From: an uncultured virus (IMG/VR IMGVR_UViG_3300020438_000023)
Lineage: Duplodnaviria; Heunggongvirae; Uroviricota; Caudoviricetes; Kyanoviridae
Length of the DNA: 64,000 nucleotides
IMG/VR virus record: IMGVR_UViG_3300020438_000023
Location: 1-64,000 of that record
Strand: one strand, 5' to 3'
Under the pieces are notes generated by a model. It saw only the letters and a list, made by a program, of their open reading frames with translations, was not told the origin of the DNA and searched no databases. Made by a program: the position numbers and the translations under genes. The number at the start of each line of letters is the position of its first letter. The first letter of the stretch is position 1. This document shows, piece by piece, positions 39,251 through 47,503 of this stretch.

Positions 39251-40153
39251 CTATATCTCTTGAGTATTTAGTGAGGGGAATTGTCTAATATTCCCTGGCC
39301 ATATTATACGGACAGCACCACCACCACCAGAACCACCTGCAATGTATAAATTCGGAACCGTTGTTTTTAAAAATCCAGATCTTCCACCTCCACCAAATAA
39401 ACCACCATTCAAATCACCATTTGTACCATTACTTCCTCCTCCAGATGCAGTTGCATTTCCTAAACCGGAATCAGACGTTGCACCGAGTCCACCAGTTCCA
39501 TCTGAACCTTGTCCATAAACTCCTGTACCACCTCCAGATGATGCTCTACCTGGTTGAGTTGATGAAAATGTTTGTGCGAAAGATCCACCTCCACCACCTC
39601 CAGCACCACCAGTTCCAGCATCACCGGGATTTCCTTGAGAAGAACTTCCACCTTGCCCACCAGATCCGCCATTTCCTGTATATCCACCAGCACCACCGCC
39701 ACCATATCCTTGAGAAGCATTAGATGCTCCACCGTTTCCTCCACCATCACCGCCAGAGAAAACTCCAGAGTTACCATTAGAAAAACCACCATAGGCAATT
39801 AATGTTGTTAAATCGGCAGTAAAACTGGAAAGACCTCCATTTTCTCCTGATAATGGACTTACAGAACTTCCTTGAGAATCTCCTCCTTTTCCTACAACAA
39901 CATCATACGATTGACCAGGAATTACACTTATATTATTAGCATAAACTAAACCTCCTCCACCTCCACCAGGAAAATTACTAGTAGCGACTAAAGGACTAGC
40001 TCCTCCACCAATACATACAACACTTACACTTCTTACTTTTGGTGGAGCAACCCAGGTAAAAGATCCCGAGGTTGTAAATAATGCCTCATCATCAGTTGGA
40101 GATGCCGCTAAAATTGCGGAAGACATCATCATAAATTGAGATAAAAAATTCAT
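39251..40153 (-). CDS. glycine-rich adhesin-like protein
   Basis: FTTSGSFTWVAP..V.SVSVVCIGGG start, many GGGG runs and GGGAVRIIW end: a polyglycine-II type domain reminiscent of T2-type gp38 adhesins. Confidence 0.7.
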   Translation of the reverse strand: MNFLSQFMMMSSAILAASPTDDEALFTTSGSFTWVAPPKVRSVSVVCIGGGASPLVATSNFPGGGGGGLVYANNISVIPGQSYDVVVGKGGDSQGSSVSPLSGENGGLSSFTADLTTLIAYGGFSNGNSGVFSGGDGGGNGGASNASQGYGGGGAGGYTGNGGSGGQGGSSSQGNPGDAGTGGAGGGGGGSFAQTFSSTQPGRASSGGGTGVYGQGSDGTGGLGATSDSGLGNATASGGGSNGTNGDLNGGLFGGGGRSGFLKTTVPNLYIAGGSGGGGAVRIIWPGNIRQFPSLNTQEI

Positions 40154-40476
40154 GAGGATACTGTTGGATTTACTATTATTGAACCTTCAACTAATTTCAT
40201 TATTTTATTAGTAGAAGAATTTTCGGAAATAATATCAAAATAATTTCTACCTTCTGTTAGATCGTCGGTAACACTATTACCCATTGATATAACAACTACA
40301 TTATTAGTTGTATCAATGTGAGTATCGAAACTATACGAAGTACTCGCTGTTTCGTGCTTTCTGATCTTAGCTGTTATCGTTTCTGTACCAACTAAAGTAG
40401 TTAGGGCAATAGAAACTTTTTTCTCAAAATCAGTTCCTTTATATATTGCTAATGATGTTACTGCAGGAACACTCAT
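40150..40476 (-). CDS. hypothetical structural protein
   Basis: IYKGTDF...AKIRKH...GRNYFDI...VEGSIIVNPTVS pattern; late motif at 40501. Confidence 0.75.
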   Translation of the reverse strand: MSVPAVTSLAIYKGTDFEKKVSIALTTLVGTETITAKIRKHETASTSYSFDTHIDTTNNVVVISMGNSVTDDLTEGRNYFDIISENSSTNKIMKLVEGSIIVNPTVSS

Positions 40477-40499
40477 TGGATTTGCGTTTAGATATAAGA

Positions 40500-40919
40500 T
40501 TATTTATTATCTTGCTGCTGTTTTAAAAGTTTTGCTAAATCTGCGGTAGATCCAACAAAAAGTGCGTTGGTAACATTCGTTGGACCTTTTGAATTCTCTC
40601 CTTCAACATCTTTTAGTTTTTTCTGAAGATCTAATAATTTATCTGTTGCATCTGCAACACTTTTAATTAATTGCCCAGCAACTTCATATGCTCTTGCTTG
40701 CTCAGTTTCTTGGGCTAATTCAAGAATACCATTAATTGCTTCTTGACCTTTTTCAATTAAAGAGTATAAATTTCCTCTTGTATAGTCATAGTCTTTTTTA
40801 ATATCATCAGAGGTTGCCTTTATTTCCTCAATTTTATTTTTTGAAATTGAGGAGTCTACCTCTACTATATCTGCTTCAACATTAAAAGTATCATCTAGTT
40901 CGTCAAATTTATTACTCAT
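40500..40919 (-). CDS. gp16: terminase small subunit
   Basis: DYDYTRGNLYSLIEKGQEA, RAYEVAGQLIK and NALFVGSTADL motifs. The likely start at 40919 overlaps the gp15 stop. Confidence 0.93.
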   Translation of the reverse strand: MSNKFDELDDTFNVEADIVEVDSSISKNKIEEIKATSDDIKKDYDYTRGNLYSLIEKGQEAINGILELAQETEQARAYEVAGQLIKSVADATDKLLDLQKKLKDVEGENSKGPTNVTNALFVGSTADLAKLLKQQQDNK

Positions 40920-41917
40920 GACCATTCACCATCAAATCCAAAATCATCACCAATTTCAATCTTGGCGTTATCAGCTTCACTAATTAATTTGACTCCTGTT
41001 CCGCCAACATGATCAATAACAGAAGTTGAATAGAATCCTCGTGTTACTCTAAGTTTGTTGCCGTTTACATCAGAGACATATACAGTTTCTTCTCCGATCG
41101 ATAGTTTATCTCCTGCAACAATTCCAGAGGAAGAAATAACTTCAAGTACTGTTTCTGTTTTGAGTAAATCTTTGAGTAATGATGTAGTATTATTCTCAGA
41201 ATAACTCTTGGTCGCAACTGGTTCTGCAGTATATCTAACATCAATTTGTCTAGACCCAGAACCACCAGCACCAAATCCAATAACAGACTTTTTGATAATA
41301 TCTGTTGTAGCTCCAGTAGAAATTGGTCCGAAGATATATGTTTTTGCGGTAAATCTTAAAGTATAAATTAATGATCTTCTTGTTTCAAAGTTACCTTCAT
41401 ATTGATCATCCATTGATATAGAATTCAAAATAATTGGAACATCTCTTCTCTCACCAATAGTTTCGAGTAGATTAACAGTCATTGTATATTGTGGTTGAAA
41501 ATATGGTAAAATTTGCTCCACAATTTGAAGCATCTCATCATTTATTTTTGTATAGATACTTAATTCAAAATCTACATTATATGGTACCGGCATATAATTC
41601 TTTCTAATATCCGAACCGTCGTCTTTTGTTCCCGATAAAAATGTTTGAGTTGTTGTTACTTTTCTCGATGAGTCATATGAAATACCAGTCATCTCAAAAG
41701 ACATTCTGGGTAACGTAATTTGAGTTGCTTTATTTAAATCTGGAGATTGCTCAAGTCTAGCAAGAAACTTTTGCATAGGTCCATATGCAAGAGGCACTTT
41801 TACTACTGAGGTAACATTATCTGAAGCATCCGTCTTCTTAATATCAATATCATTAAAAAGTGTTCCGAAAGATATTACCGTTTTTCTTAATATCTCGTGG
41901 TAGAAGTACTCAAACAT
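40916..41917 (-). CDS. gp15: tail sheath stabiliser / tail terminator
   Basis: YFYHEILRKTVISFGTLFNDI, VPLAYGP, LPRMSFE and QIVEQILPYFQP motifs. Confidence 0.95.
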   Translation of the reverse strand: MFEYFYHEILRKTVISFGTLFNDIDIKKTDASDNVTSVVKVPLAYGPMQKFLARLEQSPDLNKATQITLPRMSFEMTGISYDSSRKVTTTQTFLSGTKDDGSDIRKNYMPVPYNVDFELSIYTKINDEMLQIVEQILPYFQPQYTMTVNLLETIGERRDVPIILNSISMDDQYEGNFETRRSLIYTLRFTAKTYIFGPISTGATTDIIKKSVIGFGAGGSGSRQIDVRYTAEPVATKSYSENNTTSLLKDLLKTETVLEVISSSGIVAGDKLSIGEETVYVSDVNGNKLRVTRGFYSTSVIDHVGGTGVKLISEADNAKIEIGDDFGFDGEWS

Positions 41918-41959
41918 TATACTAAATGATAATTATATACTATTTAACAAAAGTAACCC

Positions 41960-43417
41960 TTATGGAAGACCAAATGGATTAGATTCGCTGAAATCTAATA
42001 TGTTGTCTCCTTCAGTTTCAAAATCATTATTAGATGCAAAAGGATCAGGTAGATTGAATTTATCAGCAATAGATCCTGGAGTTGCCTTATGTCTTGCTCC
42101 AGATTCTTCTCCAACGAATTCATCGTAGATATTAAAGTCTCCCGTGATTCGTGCAAGATTTAATTGGTTTGTAGTAGAGTTCCAATATCTAACTATACCA
42201 GTAACTGAACTACTAGACCCAACAACTGTTTCTCCAATGATATAATCACCAGATCCTGCAAGATAAGGATCTGCAATTGTTATTGTTGGTGGATTTGTCT
42301 TTGCATATCCAGCACCAGCATCAAGTATTTGAATTGATGTAATAGTTCCTGCACTACTTACAACAACTTCAGCAATTGCTGAAGTACCAGATCCGACAGG
42401 AGCACTGAAAGTAACTGCAGGAAGACCGAAATATCCAGATCCACCATCAGTTACAGTTATAATTCCAACTACTCCATTACCAGTTACTGCAGTTCCTACA
42501 AATCCAGATCCACCTCCTCCAGAAGTTGTTACAAGGGGGTCTGAAGTATATCCATATCCAGTGTTGGTTATCCTAACACCTTGAACTCTAGATCTATCAG
42601 TATTTGTTTCGCAATAATCAATAAGTCCGGTGATCATTGTTGCTATACCAACAGCAGTCAATCCATCATCAGGAGCTTTTGAAAATATGATATCTGGTGT
42701 TGATGTATATCCAGTTCCTCTATTTGTAATGGTTACATACCTTACACCACCATCAAATACTGTAGTTTCTGCTAATGCTGTAGATCCAATACCAAGCATC
42801 GTATAGATTCTTGTCCCTGCTAAGTTTGCACCAATACCACTTACCGCAGATCCAGCAACTCCACCAATCGATACTTCTGTTCCTAGTAATGCGGTATCAA
42901 TTGCATCCACATCAGTATCGATGATTTCATCACCATACCGGAATAGTTCACATCTTAGTTTATATACATAATTTTTTCTTAATTGATAGAAAGGTTGTTC
43001 GTGCTCTACAAACTTAATTTCAAATATACGATTGCCTAAAGGGAAAAATATAAGATCACCTTCTTTAGGTCTACTGGATAATTTTATATTGTTCTTACTT
43101 TCTATTAATGGTTTAACATATTCTTCGTAACGTTCTCTAGAGATAGTGAGATTTAAATCGTCTTGAGATTCAATACCAAATTTACTCATTATTTCACCAG
43201 ATCCTTCATATCCTTCGCTTGTATCTACATATGCTTCAATAGGATATGCATCCCTAAATTCAGAATCAACTACCTCTCTTATAATAGTCTTTTCATTTAC
43301 ATAAAGTCTTGGGATGTAGTATACATCTACCCCATACATCCGAAGTTGTTCATTAACTAAATCTTGAATAAGATTTTGTTCTGACTTAGTTCCTTGTTGA
43401 AAAAATGGATTGAGCAT
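41960..43417 (-). CDS. gp14: neck protein with inserted GxGY repeats
   Basis: EQNLIQDLVNEQLRMYG, RPKEGDLIFFP, FEIKFVEHEQPFYQL and terminal DFSESNPFG motifs. Confidence 0.93.
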   Translation of the reverse strand: MLNPFFQQGTKSEQNLIQDLVNEQLRMYGVDVYYIPRLYVNEKTIIREVVDSEFRDAYPIEAYVDTSEGYEGSGEIMSKFGIESQDDLNLTISRERYEEYVKPLIESKNNIKLSSRPKEGDLIFFPLGNRIFEIKFVEHEQPFYQLRKNYVYKLRCELFRYGDEIIDTDVDAIDTALLGTEVSIGGVAGSAVSGIGANLAGTRIYTMLGIGSTALAETTVFDGGVRYVTITNRGTGYTSTPDIIFSKAPDDGLTAVGIATMITGLIDYCETNTDRSRVQGVRITNTGYGYTSDPLVTTSGGGGSGFVGTAVTGNGVVGIITVTDGGSGYFGLPAVTFSAPVGSGTSAIAEVVVSSAGTITSIQILDAGAGYAKTNPPTITIADPYLAGSGDYIIGETVVGSSSSVTGIVRYWNSTTNQLNLARITGDFNIYDEFVGEESGARHKATPGSIADKFNLPDPFASNNDFETEGDNILDFSESNPFGLP

Positions 43418-43423
43418 ATCTTA

Positions 43424-44242
43424 TCACCCTATCATGTCTAGAGGAGGCATCTCATAATAAGTAGGCATTTTATCTAATATGGCATCAATTTCTTTTTGAG
43501 CATCATCAAATAATTGTCTACCATTTAGTTCTATACCACCAGGAAGTTTTACTCCCTGAAATTTAATGAGATTCATTCCCCACTGACGTTTTATCGTGGA
43601 TGTAAGGTATCTTTTTAAAAATGAGTCATTATATACTTTTGAATAAGTTGCTGGATCTGCAATTGAATAAGTGTCTAATACTAAGTATTCACCTGCAATA
43701 GCTTCGTTCCAATCCATATCAATGTACAATCTACCCTTTCTTTGATTAAATCTAATCTTCTTTTGGGTAGTGAGCATATGATCAATATCAGACAAAAATG
43801 TCTGAGTCATTTGATAAGTCAATAACTCAGTAGATCCTAGATAATGAATATCATTTAGGAATAATTGATATTTAAAGTTAAACATCCCACTAGAGATATT
43901 ATTAGATCCTGTAAAATGAAGAATTCCTTCTACACCAATTACTCCATCGGGGAGAGGTAGATATCTTGAATCCTCTTCATAGTCATAATCAATACCACCA
44001 TCACTGACTGTGGTGGTAGTTATTCCTGATGTTCCTTTTCCTCTATCAATATCTGTTTGAGTAAGTTTATATTTTAAGTATGTTTTTCCAACTCCGTCAA
44101 AGTGGCGTTCCTGGAAGAACTGGAGCGCATCATCCACAAGATCATCTATTTGCTCATCTGCAACGTTAATTTCTAATACAGGAGCACCTAGCTGCCTCTT
44201 ACAGTAGCTTATTAGGGTTTGTCTGGATGATGGTTTAGCCAT
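43424..44242 (-). CDS. gp13: neck protein
   Basis: YCKRQLGAPVLEINV, KRQWGMNLIKFQGVKLPGGIELNG and PPLDMIG motifs. Confidence 0.96.
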   Translation of the reverse strand: MAKPSSRQTLISYCKRQLGAPVLEINVADEQIDDLVDDALQFFQERHFDGVGKTYLKYKLTQTDIDRGKGTSGITTTTVSDGGIDYDYEEDSRYLPLPDGVIGVEGILHFTGSNNISSGMFNFKYQLFLNDIHYLGSTELLTYQMTQTFLSDIDHMLTTQKKIRFNQRKGRLYIDMDWNEAIAGEYLVLDTYSIADPATYSKVYNDSFLKRYLTSTIKRQWGMNLIKFQGVKLPGGIELNGRQLFDDAQKEIDAILDKMPTYYEMPPLDMIG

Positions 44243-44427
44243 TATTTTGAAATGTCTATGGACGGTAGTACCGAAAGTGTTTCTTGTTGTTTTAAGTACA
44301 ACTTAACGTAACTTTTAGTTACATCTCGAAGAATTTTAATATCATCTATACTATCTATATCTCTAGAAAGTTTTTCATATTCAAAGGTCTTAGATAATTT
44401 TTTAAGTTCTATTTGATCAGGATTCAT
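44242..44427 (-). CDS. hypothetical protein
   Basis: 61-aa ORF (LSKTFEYEKLSRDID...YVKLYLKQQE) coupled to the gp13 start. Confidence 0.75.
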   Translation of the reverse strand: MNPDQIELKKLSKTFEYEKLSRDIDSIDDIKILRDVTKSYVKLYLKQQETLSVLPSIDISK

Positions 44428-44695
44428 TTTGCAACTCCATTACTTTTTGTTGTAATTCTATGACTGCGGTTTTTAAAAAATCAATATCGAATTTTAGTTG
44501 ATTTTTTTCATTTTCTTCACGCCATTTTATATCTCTTAGTTCTAAGTAGGTTTCATATTCATCATCATCCGTATTAATTACTGCCCCAGTATCTTCATCT
44601 TTCAATAGATTTTCAAAATCTTTTACAAGAGCAAGACCTCTTTCTTCCTCTACATCATCTTCTATTTCAATAATCTGATCAAATTCGTCATTCAT
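44417..44695 (-). CDS. hypothetical coiled-coil protein
   Basis: NLLKDEDTGAVINTD..EY motif followed by a coiled coil; usual position after the VrlC-like gene. Confidence 0.75.
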   Translation of the reverse strand: MNDEFDQIIEIEDDVEEERGLALVKDFENLLKDEDTGAVINTDDDEYETYLELRDIKWREENEKNQLKFDIDFLKTAVIELQQKVMELQNES

Positions 44696-44697
44696 AA

Positions 44698-47205
44698 TTA
44701 AGCAAGTGCGATTACTCTTAAATCTTTTAATCTAACGGGATATGTTGTATCTTCTGTAGATGCACATAGTTTTATACCGAAAGCTCTAAAGGAAGGAAGT
44801 TTATTAATACTAAATTTCAGTTCTTGGAATTCTAATTCATCAGATTCAAATCCAACACTATCAGTTTTTGATAGTTTCTCGTCTGGAGTTCCATTACTCT
44901 TAGAAAGATCTTCAACATTTCCCTGATTATCAATATTATCAAATCCTGGGAATGGATAATAAATCATTTCTTCTTTACCATCGTCATCAATAGCATAGAA
45001 AGCTCTCAAATCACTTTTAGTATTTACATATGCACTAACATAAATTTGAAGAGATGTTGCTGCATTTTCTAAAGTTATGGGTCTCGTAGCATAAACAAAA
45101 GCATGAGGATCATTCTCCAAATCTGCAGTACGCTCATCATTAGCATAATCGGTAATGGGTTTATTCATTCTATTACCGATTAAAATAACAGCACATCGAT
45201 CCAAATCGATCATAGGAGATAATGTTGGACTAGTGGTTGTTAGATTGACGGATATATTAAGAGATTTATTTCCTTCAATTCCGTCAATTCCATCAAGAAG
45301 TTCAGTTTCATTAATACGGGAACAAATTAGTCTAGGAGAAGATAGGTATGTTTCTTCTTCTGTAGAAATTTTTTCAAATCCTTGATCGATAAAGGATTCT
45401 TGATTACCACCAATACTTCTTCCGGAAACAGTTCTTAGATTTAATTCTACTTCAGTACCGTTGACTTCTGTTGCTGAAATTTCTGGGTCGATAATTTCAA
45501 ATTGAATATTCTGAGTAGCAGTAATATCATCACCACCAGTAGATTTAGTTTCTTCAAAAAATAAATCAGGATATCCAAAAGGACTACTAGATCTATCAAT
45601 TCCAGCTTCTTGAGGGTCGATTCTTATAGTGTAATAGTCCAAATCAATTGGATTAGATACTGTTGCATCTTGCAATTCATGAGTTTTATTAATTCTTCTT
45701 AGAGAAATACCATTAAGTTCGTACTTAACAATATCTACACCTTTTTCATATGAAGTTCCTACGGTATTATCAACTTCTCTTGTAATTCCAATTAGATTAA
45801 GTCCATCAATTCCTGTGTATCCAATAATTTCTTCTTCAATTTGAATATATCCTGGATTTGTCGAAGATACACCTACGTTTTCAAACGTAGCAAAAATACT
45901 TAATCCAGTTTCACTATCAATGAGTAAATCATCAATAGGAATTGGTAAGGTTGAGTCTTCCTCAACATCTGCTGTTGTATCTACACTTGGATTGTCTGGA
46001 TCAACATCATCAATAGTAACGACATTTTCTAGTGCATACATTCCATGATTAGGATGATTCACTTTGATATGAAGACCATCATGAATAACTGTACTGTCGG
46101 TGAGTGTTAGTCCACCTGATCCAGCATTTAATCCAACAGTAGCTCCACTAGAGTTTTCATATGTAACTGTACTTCCTGAACCAGTTGTAAACCTACCTTG
46201 AATATCATCAACAATAATTTCGTTTATATCGCCAAGTTCTCCGATAGATAATCTTAAATTTCTTCCTAATCCACTTCCAATCGAGTTAGATGTTACCAAA
46301 TCTCCAACCTGATATCCAGATCCTCCATTAACTATGGTTGCACCAACAGCGACTCCATTTTGGACAGTTAAATTACAGGTAGCGTTTTTCCCTTCTCCTG
46401 TTATTTTTGATAACGGAACATCAAAATATGTAAGTCCACCAATCGATGGTGTGAGACCAATACCAGCATTAAAAACTGATACAGATGAAACAGCGCCAGC
46501 ATTCCCGATATAATTTCCTCTACCATCAGAATTTTCTTGTGTTACAGTAACACCAGTAGTAAATCCAACTTCATTTAATCCACCACTTAAAACTAATCTT
46601 ACTTGTCTAGATTCCATTTCAAATGCATCATTATCCAAAATAGAAACTTGATCGTTTCCTACGGATAATTCTGGATTATAGAAGTTTACATTTCCTGAAT
46701 TTTCTTTGAAGTCAGCTCTATAAAGAGTAAACTTCATATCTTCTCTTTCAGATGGTGTCCATGTTGCACCATTCTGAGATCTAAAGAATACTCCAGAATT
46801 TGGGTTTGCTGAAACGAAAACTGATTTAGAATCATCGTCATTCGCTTTAGTAACATCTATCTCACCCATCTTAGCAACCCATACTGAGTATTTTTTGCTA
46901 TTTGCAATAACAACTAATGAATGAAAAGTTTCTCCTTTTAGAAATACTGGTGATTTAAATTTAAAATTTGTTGGGGCTTCTGCATCAGGACTTACAACAA
47001 CATCTTCTGGTTCTAATGTAGTTTGAGAAAATGGATAAATGTCTTTTGCAGATGGATTTCCATTTACCGTAGGTCTCAGTTCTATAGAAACGGGTAAAGC
47101 AGAATCTCCTTCATAAAAATAAACGTCAACAGACGTTGCAAAAATCCCTTTAGGATTATCTACATAGAATGTTTGCGCTAACGGGTCAATTAGTTTATCG
47201 GACAT
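44698..47205 (-). CDS. VrlC/DUF4815-like structural protein, C-terminal half as a separate gene
   Basis: Begins DPLAQTF...SVDVYF, contains FFRSQNGATWT...EDMKFTLYRADF and ends LKDLRVIALA, normally the C-terminal part of this family; late motif at 47242-47248. Confidence 0.8.
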   Translation of the reverse strand: MSDKLIDPLAQTFYVDNPKGIFATSVDVYFYEGDSALPVSIELRPTVNGNPSAKDIYPFSQTTLEPEDVVVSPDAEAPTNFKFKSPVFLKGETFHSLVVIANSKKYSVWVAKMGEIDVTKANDDDSKSVFVSANPNSGVFFRSQNGATWTPSEREDMKFTLYRADFKENSGNVNFYNPELSVGNDQVSILDNDAFEMESRQVRLVLSGGLNEVGFTTGVTVTQENSDGRGNYIGNAGAVSSVSVFNAGIGLTPSIGGLTYFDVPLSKITGEGKNATCNLTVQNGVAVGATIVNGGSGYQVGDLVTSNSIGSGLGRNLRLSIGELGDINEIIVDDIQGRFTTGSGSTVTYENSSGATVGLNAGSGGLTLTDSTVIHDGLHIKVNHPNHGMYALENVVTIDDVDPDNPSVDTTADVEEDSTLPIPIDDLLIDSETGLSIFATFENVGVSSTNPGYIQIEEEIIGYTGIDGLNLIGITREVDNTVGTSYEKGVDIVKYELNGISLRRINKTHELQDATVSNPIDLDYYTIRIDPQEAGIDRSSSPFGYPDLFFEETKSTGGDDITATQNIQFEIIDPEISATEVNGTEVELNLRTVSGRSIGGNQESFIDQGFEKISTEEETYLSSPRLICSRINETELLDGIDGIEGNKSLNISVNLTTTSPTLSPMIDLDRCAVILIGNRMNKPITDYANDERTADLENDPHAFVYATRPITLENAATSLQIYVSAYVNTKSDLRAFYAIDDDGKEEMIYYPFPGFDNIDNQGNVEDLSKSNGTPDEKLSKTDSVGFESDELEFQELKFSINKLPSFRAFGIKLCASTEDTTYPVRLKDLRVIALA

Positions 47206-47240
47206 TTATCTGCTCAATAGCTTTGGTGAATAATTTACTT

Positions 47241-47495
47241 TTATTTATTTGCTTTTAATGTATTAAGTTCACCTTTAAGTTCTTTAATGGCTTCTACTAA
47301 GACGGGTATCATTTGAATATAATCAACAGATAGATACCCATCTTCTTCGTAAACCATTTCGGGAAACTCTTTTTGAACTTCCTGGGCTATGAGACCATAC
47401 TCATAACCCTCTCTTTCATGATGTTTTTTCATTTTATCATTCCACTTATAAAGTGTTCCATTAAGATTACATACTTTATTCAAAAGAGAAATCAT
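47241..47495 (-). CDS. stand-alone S74-type chaperone domain lacking the SDxxLK motif
   Basis: LNGTLYKWN...GLIAQEVQKEFPEMV...YLSVDY..MIPVLVEAIKEL aligns by eye with the chaperone of 21257..23446; CTAAATA at 47521-47527. Confidence 0.8.
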   Translation of the reverse strand: MISLLNKVCNLNGTLYKWNDKMKKHHEREGYEYGLIAQEVQKEFPEMVYEEDGYLSVDYIQMIPVLVEAIKELKGELNTLKANK

Positions 47496-47503
47496 AATAT
47501 ATT

